Assembly: GCA_963831135.1 (NCBI GenBank)
Contig: CAWHPH010000035.1
Location: 8,704 to 72,703 of the forward strand
DNA length: 64,000 nt
Direction of reading: 5' to 3'
DNA from: an uncultured Alphaproteobacteria bacterium
GTDB lineage: Bacteria > Pseudomonadota > Alphaproteobacteria > Rhizobiales > Xanthobacteraceae
Position numbers and translations under genes: made by a program. This document shows positions 19,886 to 28,493 of the stretch, piece by piece (position 1 is the stretch's first letter; each line of letters starts with the position of its first letter). Under the pieces are notes generated by a model. The model did not search any database. It was not told the origin of the DNA and saw nothing but the letters and a program-made list of their open reading frames with translations.

Positions 19886-21256
19886 ATGAGCACCACGGCC
19901 ACAAAGACGCCGGACAACTACTTTTGGATCATGTCCGAAAACCGTTTCATGTACGCGCCAACTCGTTCGCTTTTCGAGAAGTCGGCAGTCGTCAAACAAC
20001 TCGGCAAAGAAGATGCGACGCTAGTTGAGGACACCCGCGTCTGTTCTAACCTTTGCTGGATACCCGGCGCGGGCACGTTCGTCGCCGACATGGCAGTGAA
20101 TGAAGGCGAGCTAGAACCGTTCGCGGGAAACAATCTGTTCAACCTTTACAAGCCGCCGAAGCCGCTACGCGAAGATGCTGATCCGGCCAAGGCACAGTTC
20201 TGGCTCGACATCGGTTATACGATCTACCCCGATGATTTCGACCACATCCTCGATTGTATCGCCTTCAAGGTTCAAAATCCGGGCGAGAAGATCAACCACT
20301 GTATCGTGCTCGGCAGTCCGATGCAGGGCATCGGCAAGGATGCGATCCTATGGGCTACCAAGCGCGCCGTGGGCCGCGCGAATTGGCGCAGCAAGGGTGC
20401 GACCGCTGTGCTGACGGCAATCGAAAAGAACTTCACGCCGTTCCTGAAATCGACCATCCTGCAAATCAGCGAAGTGCACGAAATGGGCGACAAGCGGTTC
20501 GGCTTCTATGACTCCATCAAGGATTGGTGCGCGTCGCCGCCCGATATGTTGACCGTCGCCGACAAGAACATCCGGGAGCACCCGATCACGAACGCGGTGC
20601 TCCCGATCCTCACGACAAACCATCTGACTGACGGTCTCTTTATTCCGCCGGAAGATCGGCGCGTGTATCTCGCGTGGTCGCGTGCTCAACCGACCAAATT
20701 CAGCAAAGAGTTTTGGGACGCCTATTTTCTCCGGCTCAAGGGTGGCGACGATGAACACGTTGCAGCGTTTCTGCAAGCTCGGGACCTGTCGAAATTCTCG
20801 CCGGGCGAGCCGCCGATCAAGACTGAGGCATGGAAGCAAGCCGTCGCCGCGAACCGCGCGCCAGCCGATGCCGAGCTTAGCGACCTGCTAGATGCGATGG
20901 CAGACGATTGGGCGTTCGAGACGGGCGAACTTGGCTGCGCTCGTCCATTCGCTGTGACCCTCGATCAGATGCACCGGCATCCGCGTGCAACTCATGCGCT
21001 GCGCTTGCTGTTCGGTGATCGCGGCAAAGCTCGAACCGCTGCGCACCGGCTCGCTACGGCTCAGTTCGGCAGTTTCGACAATCCCGACCGCGCCGATGGT
21101 CTGTGGAAGATCAACGGCCGCGCTCAGACGGTCTATGCTTGGGCGGAATTGTCGCCGGGCGAGAAGATGAACGCCGTCGCCGAACTGATCCGCATCGTGA
21201 CCTTGCCGAACAAGGTCCGCACCGATGCCGAGCTTGTGAAAGAGGAATTCGAGTGA
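19886..21256 (+). CDS. SF3 helicase-like P-loop NTPase (DUF5906 / phage-plasmid primase C-terminal type)
   Basis: 456 aa. Walker A-like VLGSPMQGIGKD, Walker B-like STILQISEV, then TTNHLTD. The layout matches P4/D5-type replicative proteins as I recall them. Confidence 0.65.
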   Translation: MSTTATKTPDNYFWIMSENRFMYAPTRSLFEKSAVVKQLGKEDATLVEDTRVCSNLCWIPGAGTFVADMAVNEGELEPFAGNNLFNLYKPPKPLREDADPAKAQFWLDIGYTIYPDDFDHILDCIAFKVQNPGEKINHCIVLGSPMQGIGKDAILWATKRAVGRANWRSKGATAVLTAIEKNFTPFLKSTILQISEVHEMGDKRFGFYDSIKDWCASPPDMLTVADKNIREHPITNAVLPILTTNHLTDGLFIPPEDRRVYLAWSRAQPTKFSKEFWDAYFLRLKGGDDEHVAAFLQARDLSKFSPGEPPIKTEAWKQAVAANRAPADAELSDLLDAMADDWAFETGELGCARPFAVTLDQMHRHPRATHALRLLFGDRGKARTAAHRLATAQFGSFDNPDRADGLWKINGRAQTVYAWAELSPGEKMNAVAELIRIVTLPNKVRTDAELVKEEFE

Positions 21257-21477
21257 TGGCCGAAGTCGATATTGGCGGCGCAATGCTGTGGGGCGCATCG
21301 GCTCGGGAGTGGGGCCGCACGCTGGCCGACAACCCATATGCAGCCGCGCCGGGAACCTACACGCTGCACAAGGCATGGAAATACGGGTTCGAGCACGCGG
21401 CCGAAGTGCAGGCACAACACTTCGGTGATGACCCTGCCGAGTCGCACTATGACGATTTGCGCGAACGGCGTGGTTGA
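21256..21477 (+). CDS. hypothetical small protein
   Basis: The ATG overlaps the upstream TGA (GTGATGG). Confidence 0.45.
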   Translation: MAEVDIGGAMLWGASAREWGRTLADNPYAAAPGTYTLHKAWKYGFEHAAEVQAQHFGDDPAESHYDDLRERRG

Positions 21478-21554
21478 GTACCAGCGCGCGGCCGGACTCA
21501 CTGGCGGCCGTTTATAGGTCACTGCGCCCCGGCATTCCTTCACGATGTCGATTG

Positions 21555-21593
21555 CACGCCCGTCAGGCCGTCAGGTCGTCAGGCCCGTCAATG
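21555..21593 (+). repeat. CGTCAGG repeat cluster 3 (intergenic)
   Basis: gcacgcc-CGTCAGGc-CGTCAGGt-CGTCAGGcc-CGTCAATg. Confidence 0.8.
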
Positions 21594-21594
21594 A

Positions 21595-21783
21595 TTAATC
21601 CTCCCAATCGCCCGGCGTTTCGAGTAGCGCCCGCCGTTCGGCCTGTAGCTTGTCGCGGCGTCGGCGGAGATATTGCTGTTTGGATTGCGCGCCCCAATTA
21701 GACCACTCGATTGCGCGCTCTCTGTCGTCCACTTCGGCGAGCAAGGCGTCAAGCTCGGCGAGGGTGCGCGGGCGTTGGGCCAT
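21595..21783 (-). CDS. hypothetical small protein
   Basis: MAQRPRTLAELDALLAEVDD... is the only minus-strand ORF in this block. Confidence 0.4.
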   Translation of the reverse strand: MAQRPRTLAELDALLAEVDDRERAIEWSNWGAQSKQQYLRRRRDKLQAERRALLETPGDWED

Positions 21784-21931
21784 CCCGGCAGGATGACTCG
21801 CCGGGCTGCACAAGACGTTAACGGCCGGGCATTCGCGCCCGGCCGTGCCGTCAAAGTCCTATCGCGTCATTGACGGCGACAGCCGGGGCGTCGCCGTTCA
21901 TTTCGTCTGGTTCAAACTTCCGGGGCGCGGC

Positions 21932-22040
21932 TGTCGGTGGTGTCAGTGATGTCAGTGGTTTTCTTCCCTACCCCCCTTTATAATGACGCGAAGGTTAGTG
22001 GGGAGGTTAGAGACCACTGACACCACTGATAGCACTGACG
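21932..22040. repeat. 28-nt imperfect inverted repeat built of GTCAGTG units around a 53-nt spacer containing TATAAT
   Basis: Left arm tgtcggtggtgtcagtgatgtcagtggt. Reverse complement of the right arm cgtcagtgctatcagtggtgtcagtggt (23/28 identical by hand alignment). The spacer contains cctttataatgacg. Confidence 0.75.
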
Positions 22041-22193
22041 GGCCGCTGTAGATGGCGGCATCGCAGATCGAACGGAGTAAACACCGGGACCACTCGGCGG
22101 AATGGGGCCAACATGGGTAATGGCTGCTTAAGAATTCCTGTAAAATTGGCCCTATCCGCCGCCACGGCAAATAATCAAGGTAAATCAACGGGT

Positions 22194-22212
22194 TACCCGG
22201 ACGCTCCGGGTA
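22194..22212. other. 7-bp hairpin/palindrome TACCCGG-acgct-CCGGGTA
   Basis: Read directly from the sequence. Confidence 0.6.
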
Positions 22213-22271
22213 TTAACCATCTAACCCTTTGTTCTTTTTCGTAAAGACATCAGCCGACTAGCCTGACGTGT

Positions 22272-22315
22272 GCCGTGCGATCTTTACCTTATCAATTAAG
22301 GTAAGCGAGCACGGC
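22272..22315. other. nested 44-nt palindrome
   Basis: GCCGTGC-gatct-TTACCTTA-tcaat-TAAGGTAA-gcga-GCACGGC. Confidence 0.7.
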
Positions 22316-22373
22316 CGGTCGGCGCGCGGCGTATGGTTAACGGACTCCTACGCGGGGAGGCTCTTGAACTCGG

Positions 22374-22447
22374 GATGGTGACCCTCAACCGTCAACCCTT
22401 AAGCGATGGTGACCGGGACGAGGGGATGGTGGAGGGTGCCGGTGACC
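22374..22447. repeat. three GGTGACC sites spaced 31 and 33 bp (two as GATGGTGACC), with a fourth at 22772-22778
   Basis: GGTGACC at 22377, 22408 and 22441. A degenerate GATGGTGGAG lies at 22425. The fourth copy ends 1 nt before the DUF3631 ATG. Confidence 0.7.
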
Positions 22448-22581
22448 ATTCCTTAGCTGTGGGCCAGTTCCAAACGCGCCCCCAAAATCGCAGAGGGGCA
22501 TGTGCCATTATGCTGTGGCACGCGCCGCCGAAGATCGAACCCGCTTTTGGACTAAAAAGAACAGCCAATTTCCCGAGCCCC

Positions 22582-22607
22582 GACCTGACGACCTGACGGA
22601 TGCGCAA
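22582..22607 (-). repeat. CGTCAGG repeat cluster 4 (inverted orientation)
   Basis: The reverse complement reads ttgcgcatc-CGTCAGGt-CGTCAGGtc. It shares 16 nt (ttgcgcatccgtcagg) with cluster 1. Confidence 0.8.
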
Positions 22608-22680
22608 ACGGCTTTCGAGGCGACTCACGATCTTGTGATCCGCTGTTAACGGTTCATTAAGAGTTTGGCCCTACCGTTGG

Positions 22681-22700
22681 GCCGTCAGGGCGTCAATGCG
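22681..22700 (+). repeat. CGTCAGG repeat cluster 5
   Basis: gc-CGTCAGGg-CGTCAATgcg. Confidence 0.7.
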
Positions 22701-22779
22701 CCCGCGACAGCAATGCGATTTCAATCCGATCTCCCTTGGTCGCAGCGCCATTCAAATCGGGGTCGCCAACAGGTGACCT

Positions 22780-24120
22780 ATGGGCGCGAAAAGCCCCCGC
22801 GATGTGAAATGGTATCGCCGACTATCCCAACTGTTCGCCGCGTGCGGCAGCAAGGCCGGTGACGGCGCTGTCGCCAAGGCCAAGCTCGAAGAAATGCTGT
22901 CAGTCAACGGGCTGACGTGGAACGACCTTCCCGAGCTACTGGCCGAAGCCAAGCGAGTCATGTCGGGCGAGCAAGAGCCAACGCCGCACGCCGATCCCGC
23001 CAAGCCCGGCCAGAAGCCGCCGCGCGACCTTGACATCATCCAACAGGTAACCGGGTTGCTTGATGTCTATCTCGACATCAAAGAGCACGAACGACTGGTC
23101 GTAGCGTTGTGGGTTCTCCACACCTACCTCCACCATCAATTCTCAGAGACTCCGAGGTTGATGTTCATCAGCCCGGTGGAGGGCGAGGGCAAGACCACGG
23201 CGTTGAACGTTTTGAACAAGCTGATCTTCCCGAGCGTCAAGGCGGCGAGCTTCACGGCTCCGGCGCTGGCGGCAGTGATCGACCGGGATCATCCTACTCT
23301 ACTACTGGACGAGGGCCGCAACCTCGATCTACAGAACAACATGCTCATGCGCTCCATCATGCACTCGGGCCATGAGCGCGGCGGCGTGCGGGTCATCTTG
23401 CGCGGCGGACAGCCGACAAGGTTCGAGACGTTCGGCCCGCTGTGCATCACCGCAATCGAAGAACTGCCATCCTACGAACTAATGAGCCGGGCGATCATCA
23501 TCCGGCTGCGGCGCTCTACGCGAGACGACATCCGAAAGTTTCACGAAGAAGATACGAAGTATGACCTGATCTACGAGAACGTCCGCAAGTGGGCGAGTTG
23601 GGCGCATTACAATCTCGACCTGCGCAATGTCGATCCGAAACTGCCGAACTTGAAGAACCGCCGGAAGGATAATTGGCGACCGCTGATCGCCATCGCCGAT
23701 GCACTCAACTACGGCGACCCGGCGCGCGAAGCGATGCAGAAATTCGACGGCCGGTACGAGGAAGCTCCGGGAGTCCTGATCCTGCGCGACATCAAGTCGG
23801 TGTTCGGCGATACCCATGCGATGCACAGCAAGGCGCTGGCTGACGAACTACAGAAGATCGAAACGTCGCCATGGTTCGACTGGAAAGGCAAGGATGGTTC
23901 CTACCAGCCGCACCCGATCACGCCGAACGACATCGCCCGGCTACTGCGGCCGTTTCAGATAAGGCCGCGCTCGGTTGAAATCGGTAGCGTCAACCTCAAG
24001 GGCTATCACCGCGACGACTTCCGCGAAGCGTGGGCCGCATACTGCCCCGACGATGACGCCAAGCCGAGCAAGCCCGACACTGTGGTGCAGTTCCCGGCGA
24101 AGGCGAGGAAGCAGTCATGA
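22780..24120 (+). CDS. DUF3631 domain-containing protein
   Basis: 446 aa. RRKDNWRPLIAIADAL...LRDIKSVFGD...ITPNDIARLLRPFQIRPRSV...KGYHRDDFREAWAAY matches my recollection of DUF3631. Confidence 0.7.
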   Translation: MGAKSPRDVKWYRRLSQLFAACGSKAGDGAVAKAKLEEMLSVNGLTWNDLPELLAEAKRVMSGEQEPTPHADPAKPGQKPPRDLDIIQQVTGLLDVYLDIKEHERLVVALWVLHTYLHHQFSETPRLMFISPVEGEGKTTALNVLNKLIFPSVKAASFTAPALAAVIDRDHPTLLLDEGRNLDLQNNMLMRSIMHSGHERGGVRVILRGGQPTRFETFGPLCITAIEELPSYELMSRAIIIRLRRSTRDDIRKFHEEDTKYDLIYENVRKWASWAHYNLDLRNVDPKLPNLKNRRKDNWRPLIAIADALNYGDPAREAMQKFDGRYEEAPGVLILRDIKSVFGDTHAMHSKALADELQKIETSPWFDWKGKDGSYQPHPITPNDIARLLRPFQIRPRSVEIGSVNLKGYHRDDFREAWAAYCPDDDAKPSKPDTVVQFPAKARKQS

Positions 24121-24248
24121 TCCTACTCGGTATCCTAATCGTGTTCGCAATCTGCTACGCGGGCGCGCGGCGAGAGGCGCGGATTTTCAATGAGCGCGAT
24201 AAGAGCAGGGACTATCGGACCACGTTCCAGCGCCTAGCGAAGTGGTGA
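24117..24248 (+). CDS. 43-aa putative single-pass membrane peptide
   Basis: Hand-translated MILLGILIVFAICYAGARREARIFNERDKSRDYRTTFQRLAKW. ATGA overlap with the DUF3631 stop. It is below the ORF-track size cut-off. Confidence 0.35.
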   Translation: MILLGILIVFAICYAGARREARIFNERDKSRDYRTTFQRLAKW

Positions 24249-24252
24249 CGCC

Positions 24253-24444
24253 ATGAGCAAGCATCCATGGAGTGACGAGCTTCAAGCGTTCTTAGAGGCG
24301 CACTCAAACTCAACGCCTGACGACATTCAACGCGACATGGGGAGCTTGCCCGAGAGCGTCGTGTTTGAGCTTTACCGCTACCTGACGGTGCGCGAAGTTA
24401 TAGAGGATGCCGTGCGCGACGGCTATTTGGAGCGGATCAAATGA
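24253..24444 (+). CDS. hypothetical small protein
   Basis: 63-aa ORF. Confidence 0.45.
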   Translation: MSKHPWSDELQAFLEAHSNSTPDDIQRDMGSLPESVVFELYRYLTVREVIEDAVRDGYLERIK

Positions 24445-24659
24445 GCGACGCCTTAGACCGCGCGATTGCCCGGCTTGCGGAAGCGCAACAGCGGCAAGAG
24501 GCCATGGCGAGCAACGCCCGCGCCGATGGCCGCGACGTTGCCGCTGCGTGCCAAGATCGGGACGTGTTCCTAGCTGACGTTGTTCGCCTTGGCTTGATGC
24601 ACTTACGCGCCATGCGCGAAATTGACCCGGACGGCGTGCCCGACTTCGGTGACCCTTGA
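24441..24659 (+). CDS. hypothetical small protein
   Basis: 72-aa ORF with an ATGA overlap. Confidence 0.45.
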   Translation: MSDALDRAIARLAEAQQRQEAMASNARADGRDVAAACQDRDVFLADVVRLGLMHLRAMREIDPDGVPDFGDP

Positions 24660-24753
24660 GCGGCGCGACCGTCGCGGAAACAAAAACTACGACCGAGCCG
24701 GAGCCGACGTTCACATTAACCGACTCGAAGGCGTAGCGTTGACCCCGAGCGCC

Positions 24754-25758
24754 TCACGACACCTTCCAGCCACGAAGTTTGTTCGCTTGGGCAACATACT
24801 TCGGGTTAGGTCGGTCGGACTTCGCTGGTGGAGAAATTAGAATTGGGCGAAGTGCGGAGCGAAATCTTGAAAGTCCAGCGGCTTTATTTTCCGTTTTAAG
24901 CGCAACGACCATCGGCTCGTTCACGTGGGTTTTGAAATCCTTGTCGAATGTCACAAGGGATTGATCGTAAGCCTTATGATGCAAGGCGCAAAGAGCCACA
25001 CCATTTGAGGTTCTGTCAGTGCTACCCTTTTCACCTACGGGAAGAATATGAGCGCCCTCAATCAATCTCAACTGGACTCCACACATTGCGCAACGGTGAG
25101 AATACACAGTTAGAACACGACGGCTAAAATCATTTGCGCGAACGGCCTTCCACGTCGAAACGAGTGCACGCTTGCGTTTTTCGGCAACGCCCGAGTCTAT
25201 TTCGCCTTCATCTACTGCATCAGGATCATCGCTAATACGCGATAGAACCTTAAACTCCCTTGGCACCCTTCCGCTGTCATGTAGGGCTTCGAGGTTCTCG
25301 ATGTATGTCCCCACGAAGTCCGGTCTAAATCCGATTGCGGTTTCACCGCTGGATTTTATCGACGGCGCGAAACCATTGAGAAGCGCCTTGCGCAGCGCCG
25401 CTTCGTTGATTTGTAGCGATGGTGACGAGCCTAGTGGGCCCAAGTGCTGGCGAATATCCCAACCGGCAAACACCCCAACATCATCCCACCAACCCAACAC
25501 CAAATTTCGCGTTCTCGCGTCTTTCTTAAATCGACTAACGCCTGTGACTTGTATTCGATACTCATTCGGGAGGCTTGTTCTACCACCGAACGTTATGTTC
25601 CAAATATAAACCTTGACGCGGTAGCGACGGTCATCTCGCCAGACACTGTAGTGCGCTGGATGTTTTGAACGCCCGGCGTGATAAAGCAAGCTCCAACCAC
25701 TAGCTTGCACCGCTTCTTCAAATTCTAGCAACAGCGCCTTTTTCGACAAGCGCGCCAT
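24754..25758 (-). CDS. HNH endonuclease with unassigned ~200-aa N-terminal domain
   Basis: HRCAMCGVQLRLIEGAHILPVGEKGSTDRTSNGVALCALHHKAYD is an HNH_2-type core. It is the last gene of the four-gene operon. Confidence 0.8.
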   Translation of the reverse strand: MARLSKKALLLEFEEAVQASGWSLLYHAGRSKHPAHYSVWRDDRRYRVKVYIWNITFGGRTSLPNEYRIQVTGVSRFKKDARTRNLVLGWWDDVGVFAGWDIRQHLGPLGSSPSLQINEAALRKALLNGFAPSIKSSGETAIGFRPDFVGTYIENLEALHDSGRVPREFKVLSRISDDPDAVDEGEIDSGVAEKRKRALVSTWKAVRANDFSRRVLTVYSHRCAMCGVQLRLIEGAHILPVGEKGSTDRTSNGVALCALHHKAYDQSLVTFDKDFKTHVNEPMVVALKTENKAAGLSRFRSALRPILISPPAKSDRPNPKYVAQANKLRGWKVS

Positions 25759-25764
25759 TGAGCT

Positions 25765-26889
25765 TCATCCCTTATATGGCATCGCCGCAAGCGACACGAC
25801 GTGCGAACCATTGTCGCGTTCGCCCTTAACTTCGCCCGCCTTAGTTTTTGTCTTTGACCCTCTAGTCACAATATGCTTTGGCCGCTTTTTTCCGCCGTCA
25901 GAGGGCAGCGGCTCGCCCTCGCCGTTCCAAAGCAAGCCCGGATGCGCGATACGATAGTAGCCGTCCGCGATCTTTGGGACTGGCTGTGGCTTCACATCCG
26001 CTCGTGATTTGAAGCGACCTAATGCGCCGTTGAGGTATTCCTCAACTAATTCAGAGCAGACCCATTTCCGGCCAAGCCGCTCGGCTACCTCTCCTGTGAC
26101 GCAACTGCCAGCGAAAGGGTCAAATACCTTATCGCCTGCATCCGTGAGCATACGGATGAAATATTCGGGCAACGCAGCCGGGAAGCGGGCAGGATGCGCC
26201 TTGATGCTTTTTTCTTGGCAATAGCGCAAATAAGCACTGTTGCTCTCCGTGTTGGGGACTGCGATGAGATTTGGAGGTATGGCCGCGCCATTGTTGATGG
26301 AAAATTTGCTACTAATGTCGTGTCCTGACGGGCGAAGCTTTGCCTTGTAGCCATTGACCAGCAACGTTTCCATGCTGGGGCTGTAGGGTTGAAGTACCCG
26401 CCGATTGCTGGCGCGCGGCCATTCGCTCTTGCTTAGCCACCAGACCGTATTGACAGCATCCTTTACGCGGATGCGGCGGATGTTTACCCATTCGGCTGGC
26501 GTGGGCAGCTTCGACGGGTTCCACCAGTAGAAATCTTGGGCAAGATGAAACCCAAATTCGTCGCACAGCATGATAAGCATTTTGAAGTGATACAAGCTGC
26601 GCACTGGTACGCCGGGCATCCACGCTCCGCCCAAATCAATCACGAGGCTGCCGCTAGTCTTGATAATCCGATGAAATTGTGTGGCGAACGCACGGAACCA
26701 TTCTAAGTATGCGTCCTCCCGAACGTTCCCGTATTCCTTCTTGCGTGTGAGTCCGAACGGGGGACTTGTCATTATTAGATCGACACTGTCAGCCTTCATG
26801 GTCCGCATCACTTCAAGACTATCCCCATGATAAATCTTGCCGTGCTTCGTCGCATGAAACACGCTTATGGAAGCTGGCTTCTTGGTCAT
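25765..26889 (-). CDS. beta-class N4/N6 DNA methyltransferase (SPPF motif, probably m4C)
   Basis: DLIMTSPPFG (motif IV) precedes VFDPFAGSCVTG (motif I), plus AHPARFP. ATGA overlap with the upstream gene. Confidence 0.85.
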   Translation of the reverse strand: MTKKPASISVFHATKHGKIYHGDSLEVMRTMKADSVDLIMTSPPFGLTRKKEYGNVREDAYLEWFRAFATQFHRIIKTSGSLVIDLGGAWMPGVPVRSLYHFKMLIMLCDEFGFHLAQDFYWWNPSKLPTPAEWVNIRRIRVKDAVNTVWWLSKSEWPRASNRRVLQPYSPSMETLLVNGYKAKLRPSGHDISSKFSINNGAAIPPNLIAVPNTESNSAYLRYCQEKSIKAHPARFPAALPEYFIRMLTDAGDKVFDPFAGSCVTGEVAERLGRKWVCSELVEEYLNGALGRFKSRADVKPQPVPKIADGYYRIAHPGLLWNGEGEPLPSDGGKKRPKHIVTRGSKTKTKAGEVKGERDNGSHVVSLAAMPYKG

Positions 26890-28289
26890 GATCCATCTCC
26901 CAAATCTATTTTCTTTAGGGTCATCGCGTGCTCAGCTTCCCTTCTAAACGCATCAACTAAGTAAGTTGCATTCGCGGTTATCGCCTCCAAGTCGGAGCGA
27001 TCAATCATTACGATTGCAAGGTTCGAGTCCGACATGATGCGGTTGGCATATCGGCGAGCCTCGCTCCCTATCTCGCCAGTCGTCACGATGACAATCACCG
27101 TGCTTTTGAGGAAATGAGTTAGCCCAACTTCCTTCGCAACGTCATCGAGTGAGACACGCGCAGTGTTTTTGCACTGAACCTGCCAGCGCGAATAGACGAG
27201 GCGGGCGGATTGGAATATCAGGTCAATTTCAGCGCCGCCGGTAGAACTAGCGCGCAGTCTCGTGGCAACATAATCCATCGCAAGACTACGCATGAGCTTA
27301 AAGGCGAGAGCTTCAAGCGCTAAACCAGCGACATAGCGATCCTTCGACTTTATTTCAGTCAAAATATCGGCGAGCGGCTTCGTCAACAGAGCGAGAAGCT
27401 TGGGATCAACTTGATTTTTCAGTTGATCGAGCAATGGCCCAAGGATTTCGGTCTTGACCTTAGATGTTGGGGAGACAAGAAATGGCTTTGCCCCTCGACC
27501 GGTAGTCGTCTTGGTTGCATTGATGTAGCCCGCATCTTGCAGCGCGTTCAGCACTTCTTTTGGCAGGCTCTTATCCGGGAACCGCACGCCGTAAGTGGCA
27601 GCCGCCAGTCGCGCTATTTCATTCGCTGGCTGGGGTGTAGTTACGCCACTGTTCGCCAGCGCCAATAAGAACGCGCGCTGTTGTCTACTGAATTTGGCGA
27701 TTGCGGGAAATTCTTCGGGATCGACACCGAGCACGGCCCGAAGCCGAATGGGATCGACTTGCCAACGGCTCCCAACGATGACTCCTGCCTTGGCGAGCCA
27801 TAATCGCATCATGCTGGGATGCTTGCCGCCACGCGGAAAATGCACGCCACGCTCAGCTAATGCCTCTCGTAAGGTGTCCAGCGTGATTTCCTCACCCGCA
27901 GCGACCATATCTTGCAGACATTGCACGAACGTCATGCCCCGCAAATTCAGAAGAATGTGCCGAGCAAGTTCCTCGTAAAGTGCAGTCTCGTCGCCGCGCA
28001 GGCCGTGTAGTTTCAATCCGAAATCAGTGAAGCGCGCTTCACGATCTATGATGCCATAAGCAATCATCCCGAGCTTGCAATTGTTGGCGAGCTTTCCCCG
28101 GTTGTAGCTTTTGTGATCTTCGTCGGTGGGTGCCGCCGCATGTCCAGTGAAATACTTATCAAGGATCGCTGCTTCTAGCGCATGAGGGTCGCCTTGGTGC
28201 GCCTCCGTAATCTCCAGTAAGTCGGGCAGGCTGATCTGCGACGGCGAAAATTCGCTGCCGAATGGTAGATCGCTCCGTTGCGTCACCAT
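26886..28289 (-). CDS. Mrr-like (PD-(D/E)xK) restriction endonuclease domain protein with long unassigned N-terminal region
   Basis: Start chosen at MVTQRSDLPFGSEFSPSQ (28289), 14 nt after the RHH stop. C-terminus LEALAFKLMRSL...GGAEIDLIF...WQVQCKNT...VIVIVTTGEIGSEARRYA. Confidence 0.7.
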   Translation of the reverse strand: MVTQRSDLPFGSEFSPSQISLPDLLEITEAHQGDPHALEAAILDKYFTGHAAAPTDEDHKSYNRGKLANNCKLGMIAYGIIDREARFTDFGLKLHGLRGDETALYEELARHILLNLRGMTFVQCLQDMVAAGEEITLDTLREALAERGVHFPRGGKHPSMMRLWLAKAGVIVGSRWQVDPIRLRAVLGVDPEEFPAIAKFSRQQRAFLLALANSGVTTPQPANEIARLAAATYGVRFPDKSLPKEVLNALQDAGYINATKTTTGRGAKPFLVSPTSKVKTEILGPLLDQLKNQVDPKLLALLTKPLADILTEIKSKDRYVAGLALEALAFKLMRSLAMDYVATRLRASSTGGAEIDLIFQSARLVYSRWQVQCKNTARVSLDDVAKEVGLTHFLKSTVIVIVTTGEIGSEARRYANRIMSDSNLAIVMIDRSDLEAITANATYLVDAFRREAEHAMTLKKIDLGDGS

Positions 28290-28303
28290 GGCTGCGCTCG
28301 TCC

Positions 28304-28483
28304 CTAACCGCGCTCGTCTAGTGGGCGGGGAATATCTTTGAGGTACTGCTGAATTGCGCGCCGAATAACCCAAGCCGCCGATACGTCGTTTCTCTCCGCG
28401 AGTTGGCACACTTCAGAGTAGTCACCTTCGCCGAGGGTGACTGTTAGCCGAGCAGGCTGCTTGGCGCGCTTTGGTCGGCCCAT
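28304..28483 (-). CDS. ribbon-helix-helix (CopG-like) regulator
   Basis: MGRPKRAKQPARLTVTLGEGDYSEVCQLAERNDVSAAWVIRRAIQQYL shows the beta-alpha-alpha pattern. Confidence 0.7.
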   Translation of the reverse strand: MGRPKRAKQPARLTVTLGEGDYSEVCQLAERNDVSAAWVIRRAIQQYLKDIPRPLDERG

Positions 28484-28493
28484 GCGACTCACT

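Noticed and set aside
22333-22596. 87-aa ORF inside the noncoding hub
   Set aside because: Its sequence is dictated by the GATGGTGACC repeats (GMVTL/DGDRD/GMVEG/GDHS). There is no start context and no homology that I recognise.
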